Shown here: positions 51,106 to 63,877 of the stretch, in pieces
How the letters are laid out: each line of letters starts with the position of its first letter
Numbering within the stretch: the stretch's first letter is position 1
From: Octopus bimaculoides
Lineage: Eukaryota
Direction: 5' to 3'
Length of the DNA stretch: 64,000 nt
Assembly: GCF_001194135.2 (NCBI RefSeq)
Contig: NC_069007.1
Span: 11,820,404-11,884,403, forward strand
The notes under the pieces: model-generated
Database searches by the model: none
Told to the model about the DNA's origin: nothing
The model's input: only the letters and a program-made list of their open reading frames with translations
Position numbers and translations under genes: made by a program

Positions 51106-51740
51106 CTTTAGGAATCCCTCTCTGACCAACAGACTGGGTGTGTGTGTGGTGGGGGAGGGCAGTTGGTACCTATGTCAATGTGGGTAGCTGTGTAGTTCTT
51201 GAAATAATTTCACAAAGTTTCTTCAGCCCTATTCTAAGAAGTTCCAACTATAGTTGTCTACTGAAGGTCCTTTTATGGGGGTAGGGTCTCAGCTTCCTTC
51301 ATGTTTAGAACAAGGGTGTGTCATTTTGCTTCAGTCTGTATATTCAATTGCAATGACAATATTGTGTTGTTCAAAGTGGTTTTACCTAGGGCTAAGCAAT
51401 AATAACAACAGCAACACTGTTAAGTGCCAAATACAGGAGGAAGAAAAAAACGAAATACAAAAATAACAAAAACTACAAAAAATCCTTAAAAGAATAATAA
51501 AAGAATTTATCCAACTTTCCAATGGAATATTTCTGCTTTTGACAGTTTGGTCTCTATTTATATCTGTCTGGTTGTTCTAAATGCATATACATACACACAT
51601 TCATTTATATGTAAATATATGCACGCACATACACACACAATATATGTATGTGTGTGTGTGTATATGTATGTATATACATATATGTATATATGTATGTATA
51701 TGTTATGTATGTATATATATATATATATATATGTGTATGT

Positions 51741-51894
51741 ATCATCATCATTGTCGTTTAACGTCCGCTTTCCATTCTAGCATTGGTTGGACGATTTGAC
51801 TGAGGACTGGTGAAACCAGATGGCTACACCAGGCTCCAATCTGATTTGGCAGAGTTTCTACAGCTGGATGCCCTTCCTAACGCCAACCACTCCG
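51741..51894 (-). mobile_element. RTE 3' tail
   Basis: Near-identical reverse copy of the last 150 nt of 3205-3703. Confidence 0.88.
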
Positions 51895-51911
51895 ATATAT
51901 ATATGTGTGTG

Positions 51912-51955
<44 letters not shown>

Positions 51956-52152
51956 NNNNNNNNNNNNNNNNNNNNNNNNNNNNNNNNNNNNNNNNNNNNN
52001 NNNNNNNNNNNNNNNNNNNNNNNNNNNNNNNNNNNNNNNNNNNNNNNNNNNNNNNNNNNNNNNNNNNNNNNNNNNNNNNNNNNNNNNNNNNNNNNNNNNN
52101 NNNNNNNNNNNNNNNNNNNNNNNNNNNNNNNNNNNNNNNNNNNNNNNNNNNN

Positions 52153-52490
52153 AAAAATAGATAAACAGTTACCATGGTAGCATACTCTGACTACCTCGAT
52201 TACCTTATCCCCCCATTTCTCCACAAGAAGTATACCCTCGCCCCTGTCCCCGTCTGTGTTCCCTGCCCAGAAAATCTTGTACCTGTGTTCTTTGCCTGTG
52301 AGGAACCTAGCGGAACCTCCTCTGCACCTTACTTCTTGGAGGCAGCAGATATCGACACATCTCCGTTCAAGCATCTCAGCAATCTCAGCAGACCTGCCTT
52401 TCAGTGTGCCGATGTTGAGAGTGCCAGTCCTGAGGGTGTGGGAGGTATGGGCCTGTGACACCCTGGAACAGGGGCCAGCAGCGTCAAGTA
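52153..52490 (-). mobile_element. RTE LINE ORF N-terminus (AP endonuclease)
   Basis: LRTGTLNIGTLKGRSAEIAEMLERRCVDICCLQEVRCRGGSARFL...YKIFWAGNTDGDRGEGILL. Confidence 0.93.
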
Positions 52491-52749
52491 CCTAAACAGA
52501 AAGCTCACATATGGCAGAATTCATAAACAAGCAATAGCCTTCAATTCAACTTGCATACACTACACTATCATATTTTTGCACTATATCATCACTATCTTAC
52601 ATAAGAGATAGACCCTAAGTAGGGGTGGGGATAGTGTAAAGCCTTCTTTCTTTCTTTCTCTGAATGTCTTATTAATACTTTGCATGTACCATGTCCTCGC
52701 GTTGTTGTTTTTTCTTCTTGTCTTTTTTCTCCATTTTTTTCTATTAATT

Positions 52750-52799
<50 letters not shown>

Positions 52800-53279
52800 C
52801 TCTATATATATATATGTATACACATGCACATATATAAGAACACATCCATATATACATACATATAAAGGCATATATATATTTATATACATACATGCACGCA
52901 TAATTATATCGAAAGGTTTTGTCACATAGGATAAATCCCATTGGTTATAGTCCCACCTACACTTTAAGCTAATACAAATAAACCAGCATCACAGCTTCGT
53001 TAATGGTTATTATAAATATGTAATGAATCTTATACAAAATGCTTCATAAACATCTGTCTTGTCTCGGTATGAGACTACAATCTACAGACACAGGACCTTC
53101 ACCAGCTACAAGAGAAGATCAATCCAACTAGTTTCTTCTTTGGCTGACCAAGGAATTTTTGTAAGTTTGTCTTAAATGCCTATGCTCATATTCAGACCCT
53201 TTCTTTAGCCTTTGTTTCATAAGTACTGAGTATTTTAAAACTTTCCCTCCTTAAATCTCAAGTTTTAGGTGTATTGTTT

Positions 53280-53705
53280 ATGACTTCAGCAGTGTGGTAG
53301 AGTTCTTAGTTCTGCAAAGGATCTGTGTTCTTTCAGCTATGCATAGCTTACAGTTTTTGGATTTGTTGGCATATGGTGTGGACTTTTCAACTATTTCCCA
53401 CTTGCCTTGTTTTTAACTTGTTATGCCATGTGGGCATTGTCTGATGATTGCGTGAAGGCACTAGATGTGTTAAAAAATGTCTGAGTTGCTTTCATTGCAT
53501 GAAACTAATAGCAGCTCAAAAAAATATATATTAGACTTCAAACCCCATATGTGGCTAGCCAACTTAGTGGCTAGTGGCGATTTTTGAAGTTGCCTTCACA
53601 TAGCCCACTGTAGCTCTTTTTTGCAGTTAATAAGCAGGAAACTAATAATAACTCATATAAACATATATTGTGCTTATTAAATAAGATATATGTTTGTGTA
53701 TATAA
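53280..53705 (-). mobile_element. Penelope-like GIY-YIG fragment with inverted 3'-end insert (53407-53535)
   Basis: Direct-repeat homology to 55075-55420; the insert is the reverse complement of 54670-54790. Confidence 0.8.
53435..53517 (+). ncRNA. Hammerhead-like motif in inverted Penelope 3' end
   Basis: TTGT-CTGATGA(53441)-T-TGCG-TGAAGGC...GCTTTCA-T-TGCA-T-GAAAC(53501)-TAATA-GCAG. Confidence 0.5.
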
Positions 53706-53926
53706 AAATATATTCACAAGAATCGCAGTATCACAAGAATCTCTATGATATGCATGGTTATTGTGACATGGGGCTGTTTGGAAGAAACTCTGACTCTTAC
53801 ATTAACATTCCCTTTGCATCTTTTTCCCAATCTCTCTACTTCTCTTTTGTGTTCTGTTATTCTTTTCCTTGTCTGGATTCTCCCTCTCCATTTCTATTCT
53901 TCTCTTCTGCCTCTTGGTCCCCGTAG

Positions 53927-53982
53927 ATGAAATGAAAAAAGGCATTGCCATGGAGGAAGATGCACTGGAAGAGCTACTCTGA
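53927..53982 (+). other. Candidate terminal coding exon ((D)EMKKGIAMEEDALEELL*)
   Basis: >100-nt pyrimidine tract ending CCCCGTAG, followed by a natural-looking acidic peptide; no homology recognised. Confidence 0.22.
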
Positions 53983-54222
53983 CTCACGGTGCTTGCAATT
54001 GTGAGCAGCGAACTCTGTCCCGATTACGGTGTGTAAGGTTAGGGTTCAGGGGCCAAGAACGCTAGGGGTCTCCCTTGCTACAGGCCTGACCTACTCTGAT
54101 GGTTGCAAAAAAATGGGAATGTGTATCATATATGATGCAGGGAACCAGGGTAATATGTTCTGTGTATCACATGTTGATATACAAGGCAGGTGTGTGCACG
54201 CGTGCACATATGTGTATACATA

Positions 54223-54560
54223 CCATCATCATCATTTAATGTCTGCTGTCCATGCTGGCATGGGTTGGACGGTTTGACCAGGGCTGGTCAGCTAGAAGGC
54301 TGCACCAGACTCCAGTCTGATTTGGCATGGATGCCCTTCCTAACATCAGCCACTACGAGAGTATAATGGGTACTTTTACATGCCACTGGCATGGGTGCCA
54401 ATTTGCGTGACACCAGTATCTGTTATGACTGCGATTTTGCTCGGCTTGATGGGTCTTCTTCTCAAGCATGACATAATGCAAAGGTCTTGGTCATTGCCTC
54501 CGTGAGGCCCAACACTTGTAAGGAACTCAGCCACTTTGCCTCCATGAGGCCCAACGCTCG
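54223..54560 (-). mobile_element. RTE 3' end, variant subfamily
   Basis: (CAT)n, CCATGCTGGCATGGGTTGGACGG...ATGCCCTTCCTAAC. Confidence 0.72.
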
Positions 54561-54639
54561 AAAGGAAGATATACATACATACATACATATATATATATAG
54601 TGCACTGTTCCATGATGGTAAGATCAACAACAAAGTACT

Positions 54640-55420
54640 CCACCTGGTGAGAAATAAATATTATTTGATAAACACAATATATATTTTTATGAGCTACTGC
54701 TAGTTTCATGCAATAAACTCAAATCGGACATCTTTTAACACATCTGGTGCCTTCGTGCAATCATCAAGCAATGCCCACATGGCATGACACGTTATAAACA
54801 GAACAATAGGATGAGAGAAAAAACACGAAAAGGCAAGAAGGAAGTAGATGTAAAATGTGGGAGGTTGAAAAACCAGAAAATGGAAAAGAAATCAGAAAAA
54901 AGCTAGAGGTGAGAAAATTAAAGTTATATCTCCTTGACCATAAAGTCATAAGGCTGAAAGGACAGTGGCCTAGAGTCTGCAGTACAACTACTCAGTTCAG
55001 AGACGGTGGTACTTTCTAATTCCCCAACAGGAACTTATCCATGTGTTTGCAACTATTGAAAATTTCATATCTGGAATTCAGCAGTGTGGTAGAGTTCTTA
55101 GATCTGGAAAGGATCTGTGTTCTTTCAGTTATGCATAGCTTATAATTTTTTGATTTGTTGACATATGGTATGAACTTTTTTCAATTATCTTCCACTTGAT
55201 TGTATACAGTGTGGCATTAGACTTTAAATCCCCTATGTGGCTAGCCAACTAAGTGGCTTTGCTTTTGTCCCTGTGTCGGAAGGAAGATACGAACGATTTT
55301 TTAAGTCGCCTTCACATAGCCCAGTGTAGCTGTTCTTTGCAGGTAATAAGCAGGAAACTAATAGAAGCTCATAAAAATATATATTATGCTTATTAGATTA
55401 TATATATATGTATATTAAAA
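54640..55420 (-). mobile_element. Penelope-like 5'-truncated copy (GIY-YIG + 3' UTR) with inverted terminal segment
   Basis: SYTGLCEGDLKN..SSFRHRDKSKA...IKWKIIEK...KLCITERTQI...LLNSRYEIFNSCKHMDKF; 3' UTR homologous to 36780-36960; 55338-55400 inverts 54655-54710. Confidence 0.85.
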
Positions 55421-55499
55421 TATATACATGCATATCTATTTGTATAAATATATAAGTATGTATTCATATGTATACATACATACACATACACATATATAT

Positions 55500-55864
55500 A
55501 TAAGCTCGCAAGGAATGAAGCCAGTATGCTCCGTTGGATGTGTAATGTCAATGTGAATACCCGTCAGAGTGTAAGTATCTTGAGAGAAAAGCTGAACATT
55601 AGAAGCATCAGTTGTGGCGTGCAAGAGAGACGATTGCGCTGGTATGGACATGTGGTGAGAATGGAGGAGGATAGCTGCGTGAAAAAGTGCCACACCCTAA
55701 CAGTTGAGGGAACCCGTGGAAGAGGTAGGCCCAGGAAGACCTGGGCTGAGGTGGTGAGGCAAGACCTTCGTACATTGGGCCTCACCGAGGCGATGACTAC
55801 GGACCGAGACCTTTGGAAATGGGCTGTGCGTGAGAAGACCCGGCAAGCCAAGTAAGATCGTTGC
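55500..55864 (+). mobile_element. RTE LINE ORF C-terminus (young-looking)
   Basis: Uninterrupted LRWMCNV...ERRLRWYGHVVRMEEDSCVKK...GRGRPRKTWAEVVRQDL...DRDLWKWAVREKTRQAK*; continues into gap. Confidence 0.95.
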
Positions 55865-56694
55865 NNNNNNNNNNNNNNNNNNNNNNNNNNNNNNNNNNNN
55901 NNNNNNNNNNNNNNNNNNNNNNNNNNNNNNNNNNNNNNNNNNNNNNNNNNNNNNNNNNNNNNNNNNNNNNNNNNNNNNNNNNNNNNNNNNNNNNNNNNNN
56001 NNNNNNNNNNNNNNNNNNNNNNNNNNNNNNNNNNNNNNNNNNNNNNNNNNNNNNNNNNNNNNNNNNNNNNNNNNNNNNNNNNNNNNNNNNNNNNNNNNNN
56101 NNNNNNNNNNNNNNNNNNNNNNNNNNNNNNNNNNNNNNNNNNNNNNNNNNNNNNNNNNNNNNNNNNNNNNNNNNNNNNNNNNNNNNNNNNNNNNNNNNNN
56201 NNNNNNNNNNNNNNNNNNNNNNNNNNNNNNNNNNNNNNNNNNNNNNNNNNNNNNNNNNNNNNNNNNNNNNNNNNNNNNNNNNNNNNNNNNNNNNNNNNNN
56301 NNNNNNNNNNNNNNNNNNNNNNNNNNNNNNNNNNNNNNNNNNNNNNNNNNNNNNNNNNNNNNNNNNNNNNNNNNNNNNNNNNNNNNNNNNNNNNNNNNNN
56401 NNNNNNNNNNNNNNNNNNNNNNNNNNNNNNNNNNNNNNNNNNNNNNNNNNNNNNNNNNNNNNNNNNNNNNNNNNNNNNNNNNNNNNNNNNNNNNNNNNNN
56501 NNNNNNNNNNNNNNNNNNNNNNNNNNNNNNNNNNNNNNNNNNNNNNNNNNNNNNNNNNNNNNNNNNNNAAGAACAGATTTGAAAGGGAGATTTCAGAATG
56601 AAATGATGTAAATGTTAAATGGGTGAAAGGTCAAACGAGAACATGACAGCAGGGACACAAGATTTGTTATGAAACAACACCAAAAGAATATAAG

Positions 56695-56753
<59 letters not shown>

Positions 56754-57518
56754 GACTTTGTTTTATTTTATTTTATTTTATTAGAATATTAATAATAAGC
56801 AAAAACCAATTCAGGGAAAATTTTGTAAAAATATAGAAATAGAAAAAAAAGGACAGAAAATATATATTTTTGAATAATTTTGGAAAAATCTGAGGAAAAA
56901 CACTCATAAAAGATTAAAAAATATTTAAAAATTGTAAAGAAAAAAATAAAATATTCAAAGAACATGTTTAAAAAAGACAGACATAAACACACAAAAATGT
57001 TAGTCTGTAAAACAGGAATAGAAAAAAATAAGATAGGCAAAAACAAGCAAAAAGGAACATTAAAAATTGATATACAAATAAAAGATATAAAAAACAAACA
57101 TTAGCAAATATAAAACACAAACAAAATAAATTAATGGACACAAACACAAAATAAATTATAAAAAATGGCAAATAGAAAAAAAAATAGAAACGTAAAATAT
57201 AAAAAAAACACCAACAAAATTTTAAAACATCAATATAATATATTTAAAGAAACTACAACACATAAAATATAAAACAAAAATATAAATGCTAACAAATTTT
57301 AGAAACAAATTATAATCAAACAAATCAATATTTATTGTGAGTTTTATTATTTGTTAATATTGATTATGGCCCTGGGGTGCTTTTAACAGAGTCCACTTTG
57401 TTGCAAACATCTGGATCTAGGGTCTGGTTGGAGGATAAATTTCTTCCTTTGTGCTACCAGTACCAGAGGTTCAGTTGAGAGTCAGGTTGTTGTCTTTTTC
57501 ACTTCTGAAAAGAGCTGT

Positions 57519-57640
57519 TTAACCCTTCAGCATTCAGATATGCTTAACCCTTCAGCATTCAAATATAAGGCTTCTCTATTCACATTGTTTTGAATTAATC
57601 ATGCATTGTTTCATAGGTTTGAGATTCCGAAATGATTGCA
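57519..57640. mobile_element. piggyBac-type MITE left end, terminal motif duplicated
   Basis: TTAACCCTTCAGCATTCA occurs twice in tandem; no right end seen. Confidence 0.5.
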
Positions 57641-58127
57641 CTGCATAACATTTTTTTTGTTTTTGTTTTTTTTGTTTTGTCTTTGGTCAGTAATTGTTGT
57701 CTCCTATTTGCTTCTATTTAGAAATCAAAGTAAATGATTTTTATCCCCTTCAAACTTTGCTTTTCTGACCTGGAATTTTCATGAAGAGGAAAAATAGAAC
57801 TGTTTTACATTTGAATTATTTGATAAAAATGTGAAATGTTCATGAAGATGTGTTACAGAACAAGGTGGTGTTTCTTATGAAAANNNNNNNNNNNNNNNNN
57901 NNNNNNNNNNNNNNNNNNNNNNNNNNNNNNNNNNNNNNNNNNNNNNNNNNNNNNNNNNNNNNNNNNNNNNNNNNNNNNNNNNNNNNNNNNNNNNNNNNNN
58001 NNNNNNNNNNNNNNNNNNNNNNNNNNNNNNNNNNNNNNNNNNNATAAATTGCTCCTTTTGCAAGGTTTAATGAAGAGAATTTCCAACTTTTTGAATTAGT
58101 CCAATGCCTTGACAAAGAAAGAATTAA

Positions 58128-58860
58128 GGCGCAGGCATGGCTGTGTGATAAGAAGTTTGTTTCCCAACCACATGGTCCTGGGTTCAGTCCCTCTGTGTGG
58201 CACCTTGGGCAAGTGTCTTCTACTATAGCCCCAGGTTGACCAAAGTCTTCGTGAGTGGATATGGCAGACGGAAACTGAAAGAAACCTGTCGTATATAAAA
58301 ATATGTTGGTAACTCCCTTCGGTTATGTCTGACCATGGGATTGCACCTAGAAAGTTATCCTCTGAGACACAAGTCTGAGCAGTGTTGTTTATGGAAGACC
58401 AGCAGTCACCCATGAATATCAGTCTTCCCTCTTCAAACCACCGTTGTTATCCAAGGGAAAGGCAAAGGGGGCTGATACAGCTTGGCACCAGTGATGTCGC
58501 AACTCATTTCTACAACTGAGTGAACTGGAGTAATGTGAAATAAAGTGTCTTGCTCAAGAACACAACACACAGCCTGGTCTGGGAATCAAAGTCACAACTT
58601 CACAATCGGAAGCTCAATGCTCTAACCACTGAGCCATGTGCCTTCTCAAAAATATGTATATATACTGTACATGTGTATTTGTGTGTTCATGTTTGTTCCC
58701 CTACCGCCAACAGCTTGACAATCAGTGTTGTATTTATGTCTTTGTAACTTAGTAGTTCAGCAAAAGAGACTTATGGAATAAGTACTTGATTCCTTCAGCT
58801 AAAGTTCTTCAAGGTGCTGCCCCTACATAGCCACAGTCTAATGACTGAAACTATTGAAAA
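58128..58860 (+). mobile_element. SINE family A interrupted by SINE C
   Basis: Head at 58128-58296, tail at 58660-58860. Confidence 0.8.
58307..58647 (-). mobile_element. SINE family C with 10-bp TSD
   Basis: AAAAATATGT at 58297-58306 and 58648-58657. Confidence 0.88.
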
Positions 58861-59038
58861 AGACGGTAAAATCTGTTTTGCTTTCTTGTTAATAAAGAGA
58901 TGGAGTACAAATAAATTTCACTATTTTGTGTGGAGTCTTGGTATTTTTCACTTTAGGAACCACTTTTGTAAGCCCCACATGGACATAATAAGGATGATAG
59001 CAAACAATATTGCAAAATGTGCCAACAATAATGAAGGA

Positions 59039-59410
59039 ACAGGAGTGGCTGTGTGGTAAGTAGCTTGCTTACCAACCGGGTTCATCACCACTGCGTGGCA
59101 CCTTGGGCAAGTGTCTTCTATTATAGCCTCTGGCTGACCAAAGCCTTGTGAGTGGATTTGGTAGACAGAAACTGAAAGAAGCCCGTCATATATATGTATG
59201 TGTGTGTATATGTTTGTGTGTCTGTGTTTGTTCCCCCAACATAGCTTGACAACCAATGCTGGTGTGTTTATGTCCCCGTAACTTAGCGGTTCAGCAAAAT
59301 AGACCGATAGAATAAGTATTAGGCATCTAAAGAATAAGTCCTGCTCGACTAAAGGTGGTGCTCCAGCATGGCCGCAGTCAAATGACTGAAACAAGTAAAA
59401 GAGAGAAAGA
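59039..59410 (+). mobile_element. SINE family A
   Basis: Full-length match to 44725-45113. Confidence 0.9.
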
Positions 59411-60723
59411 GCAAAGAATATTTGTCCAAGGAAAATACTGTTGGATTTATTAAATTTTTAGACAATTTCATGAAAATATGTTCTTGAAATGTAAAAGGTT
59501 TCAGAAGATTATTGATTTGATGAAATGAGTTGTGATGATTTGGGGTTTGCTGTCCTGGTTGAGCTGAAAGTATTGAGAGTGAACTGCCTAATACCTTCTT
59601 ATATTGCAAATTGAATCATCCAGCCACATGCAGCAATGGGAGCAGGTGAAACAGAAATAGCAGCTGCAACTACAGCAGCAGGAATAGAATACAACAAAAA
59701 CAACAACAGCAAAAAGCAATATGAGCCACAATCATGATAATGAGAAAACAGAAATATTTACAAAATTATCAACAGCAGCAACAAACACAAGAGAAACATG
59801 GTAAAAAATAAAGCAATATGAATGCCTCTATGCAGTCATATCACCTGCTGCTAGAAATACCAGCCAAATCTCTCTCAAATCACCTTAAAAATAGAAGGAT
59901 ACATAAGATAATATAATCCTAGATAGCCTTAAGAAGGAGGATGGAATGGTCACAACTGGAATGATCTTTGATAGAAAGGTTTGCTCAATAATGTTGATCT
60001 GGTGCCAAGCAATACCAACAACAACAATATTGATAACAATTCTCTGAGAAGATGTCAGAATGGTCATAGTTGGAGAGTCCTTTGATAACACTGAGTAACA
60101 CAATTTTTGTCCTTGGGCAGCAACAGTTATTTCTTATTTGCTGACCCCTAGAAAGTATGAAAAATGGCTAATATTTCCTTCAAATTTTGCTTTTGTTATA
60201 TTTATTCAAACCCCAAAGAATCCCTCTCAGCACATGGGTATGATGCTCCCCATCTACTCCTGCTCATCATCAGAGATGCACATATTATCAGCCACAAAGA
60301 GACATGCTGAAGTAGTTTAGGTCAAGCAACTGACAAGGTAAATCTGTGGTATTGAGCAGAATATTTGCTATAACGATATTTCTGCTTCAGCAACTCTGCA
60401 CTAAATCTATCTGAAATGTAATGGAAAATAGGTCAGTTTCAAAACATTGATGTCCAAGTCAGAAAAGCAAAGTTTGAAAGGAATAGTAGTCATTTCCTTT
60501 AATTTCTAGATAGAAGCGAATAGGAAATAACACTTATTGATCAGAGACAAAAATAAAATAAAATTTTGTTAAACACTGTAATAAGTCTACTCAGCCAGGA
60601 TTGGCCTGGGGCTAAACAAGAACAACTCGACTACAAAACTTTTACAACAATAACAACTGCAAAAAATAGTTGCAAAATTGAAATCTTGTTATTGATTTCA
60701 CTAAAACCTGCCTATAACTGCAG

Positions 60724-60814
60724 ATATCGACGGCAGGTTGTGGAGATGGTTGCAGTGTCGCAATAGTCAACAGTGTTGAGAGAGGTTTCATCATAGCCCT
60801 GACATCTGCAAGAT
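60724..60814 (+). CDS. Candidate internal exon (ISTAGCGDGCSVAIVNSVERGFIIALTSAR)
   Basis: Acceptor ...CTATAACTGCAG, consensus donor GAT|GTGAGT, one open frame (phase 0 to 1) in unique sequence; no homology recognised. Confidence 0.3.
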
Positions 60815-60984
60815 GTGAGTGCAATTATTGAGTTTTGAATAATGCAAAAATAATAAAAAAATAATTAAAAAGAAAAAATTTATAAGAAATAAAACTTTAT
60901 TAAAGAAAAAGTGCACTGAATGTGTTCACACTTTTTTTCCAAGCACTACATGACACTCTCCTTTCTGTTCCCATAAACTGCGTA

Positions 60985-61013
60985 ATGCAATAATAATAAT
61001 AATAGTAATAGTA

Positions 61014-61082
<69 letters not shown>

Positions 61083-61088
61083 GTAATG

Positions 61089-61128
<40 letters not shown>

Positions 61129-61265
61129 TAATAATAATAATAATAATAGTAATAATAATAATAATAATAATAATAGTAATAATAATAATAATAATAGTAA
61201 TAATAATAATAATAGTAATAGTAATAATAATAATAGTAATAATAATAATAATAATATTAATAATA

Positions 61266-61296
<31 letters not shown>

Positions 61297-61566
61297 TAAT
61301 AGTAATAATAATAATAATAGTAATAATAATAATAATAATAATGATAATAATAATAAACAAGAATAACAATAATAATAGTCATAATAATAATAATAGTAAT
61401 AATAATAACAATAATAATAAAATAGTAATAATAATAATAATGATAACTGTAATAGCAATAGTAGTAGTACTAGTAATAATAATAAACAAGAATAACAATA
61501 ATAATAGTAATAATAATGATAATATTAACAACAAGAATAATAATAACAATAATAGTGGTGGTGGTG

Positions 61567-61632
<66 letters not shown>

Positions 61633-61650
61633 ATAATAATAATAATAATC
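60985..61650. repeat. Long (AAT)n microsatellite grading into (GGT)n/(AGT)n
   Basis: Direct inspection. Confidence 0.97.
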
Positions 61651-61929
61651 ATTAGTATAAGGCTATAGAATTTTTTTTTTTTTTTGAGAGTAAGAGACGG
61701 GTACATAGACTATTATATGGAAAGGAAAAGAAATGCTACCTGAGTGCTTCTGTATTTTGTGGAACAGGATGGAAAGACATAAGTTAAAAAGCAAAGATGA
61801 CTTTGATGGGATGTGAAGAAAAACAAAATGGAAGATGCAAAAAGAACAAGAATTTTGCAAACTATTTCAAATTTCTGTCTCGAATAGGTAGAAGGCTACA
61901 AATTTGGAGAGAGGGGGTTAGTCATTTAA

Positions 61930-62151
61930 CCCATTCGTTACCATATTTTTGTTGAGATGCTCTCTGTTTCTTTCAATTAATTTTAAATATAACAAAGAAT
62001 TTAGTAAAATAACTTAGTTATCATTAAGCTAGTGTTAGGAACATAAATTGTGACTAAGGTTTAATGGAAGATTTTAATTCAGAACTTTTGGAAACAAGAC
62101 ATTTATACTATAGAGGCAGAGGTGGTTTCAGCTGGGTTGGTAATGAAAAGG
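61930..62151. mobile_element. piggyBac-type MITE (222 bp)
   Basis: TTAA at 61926-29 and 62152-55; TIRs CCCATTCGTTACCA / revcomp CCTTTTCATTACCA. Confidence 0.78.
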
Positions 62152-62155
62152 TTAA

Positions 62156-62345
62156 ATCATGGCTGTTCGAAAACATGCGTCATACAGTCTACCTTTTACT
62201 CTGAGCAAGAGGCCCTTTGTCACCAGCAGAGGTAAGAGCTCTCTGAACTTTGCCCAGGCTATTCTTATTCTAGCAGCTACACTTTCAGAGCACCCTCCCC
62301 AACTACTAACTTGGTCACCTAGATAGCGGAAGCTTCGTACCACAC
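62156..62345 (-). mobile_element. RTE RT-downstream fragment
   Basis: VVRSFRYLGDQVSSWGGCSESVAARIRIAWAKFRELLPLLVTKGLLLRVKGRLYDAC. Confidence 0.9.
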
Positions 62346-62411
62346 AGCCACTATGTATCCATATACATGCATATATATTTAGAAAGCAGTCACCATATTT
62401 CATTCCATAAT

Positions 62412-62500
62412 GGCCACCTCTGATGAGTGCAGGGTTACCTAAAATGGACTGTTACCTAACACTCCGTTGAACTCCTAGCACGAAACTTATTAGTAAAATC
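62412..62500 (+). ncRNA. Hammerhead-like motif with intact catalytic core
   Basis: CTGATGA(62420)-GTGC...GCAC-GAAAC(62482)-TTATTA-GTA(62493); stem I poorly paired. Confidence 0.55.
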
Positions 62501-62554
62501 AGCTATAGTCGATATATAATACTGTACACTTCAATTAATATATATATAAAAACA

Positions 62555-62846
62555 TTCGAGCAAGGTCGTTGCCAGTGCCGCTAGACTGGCTCCTGTGCAG
62601 GTGGCACGTAAAAAACACCATTTTGAGTGTGGCCATTGCCAGTACCACATGACTGGCCCTCGTGCCTGTAGCACGTAAAAAGCACCCACTACATTCTCAG
62701 AGTGGTTGGTGTTAAGAAGGACATCCAGCTGTAGAATCTCTGCCAGATCAGATTGGAGCCTGGTGTAGCCTTCTGGTTCACCAGTCCTCAGTCAAATCGT
62801 CCAACCCATGCCAGCATGGAAGGCGGACGTTAGACGATGATGATGA
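62555..62846 (+). mobile_element. RTE 3' UTR/tail
   Basis: Two GCCAGT-N8-ACTGGC hairpins and (GAT)n tail. Confidence 0.88.
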
Positions 62847-63794
62847 TATATATATATATACATACATACATACATCATACATACATACATCATACATACA
62901 TACATACATACATACATACATACATACATACATACATACATTTCTGAGTTCAAATTCTGCCAAGGTTGTATTAGTTGAATACTGGCGCTGATAAAATTGC
63001 CTTTGACCTCTCCCCAGAAATTGCTGGCGTTGTGCCAAAATTTAAAATCAATATTTATATATGCATATATACACACACACAAACATGTACACGTACATAT
63101 ATACATATACATAAGCATGCACACATGTACATGTGTATGTATTATTTTCTAAAGGTTTGTTTTTAGTTTTGCGATGTTTTTTACACCACACTCCATTCTT
63201 CATGAAATAATAATAACAACAACAACAACAGCAGCAGCAACAACAGAAGTGGCAGCTGTGATAACGAGTGTAATAATAATTATTTCTTTTTATTATCACA
63301 AAGACAAAAAAGGGAAAGGGTGTGGTGCATTTCAGAATAATTATAAGAGGAATGAGAAGAAGAACATTTAGTAATCGATGTAGTAGTAGTAGTAGTAGTA
63401 GTAGTAATAATGATGATGATGATGATAATAATAGTAATAATAATGATAACAATAATGATGATGATGGCAATGATGAAGATGTTGATGATGATGATAACTA
63501 TAATAATTATAATAATAATAACTTAATCTTGAACAGTTTGCATGCTCTCCAGAATGTACTCAGAAAGTAAACTCAATGTAATTCTGAATAATAATAATAA
63601 GAAGAAGAACAATTACAACAACAATGGTTAAAACTTTTAATCTCCAATGCTATTTACACTTGAAGACCACCAAAAAACGATTCTAAAGTACTTTTTTCAA
63701 GAACTTTCTCAACTATTTTTAGGATTTCTTACCATTTTTCTCCTTCGATGTCTTTAAATGGTTCTGGGTTTTTCTGCTGATTTTTATTTTGTTT

Positions 63795-63846
63795 GTTTCT
63801 TCTTCTTCTTCTTCTTCTTCTTCTTCTTCTTCTTCTTCTTCTTCTT

Positions 63847-63877
<31 letters not shown>

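Noticed and set aside
51797-51820. CTGAGGA-CTGGT-GAAA in the RTE tail (also ~3640, ~45655)
   Set aside because: Only 5 nt between the boxes (no stem II possible), antisense to the LINE, and no UH/stem I; it is part of a CTGGT/ACCAG hairpin
54036-54052. GGTTAGGGTTCAGGG as a telomeric tract
   Set aside because: Only one exact unit, expected by chance
60642-60824. Minus-strand ORF/exon DVRAMMKPLSTLLTIATLQPSPQPAVDIC
   Set aside because: Donor is weaker than the GTGAGT on the plus strand; not excluded, but not preferred without RNA data
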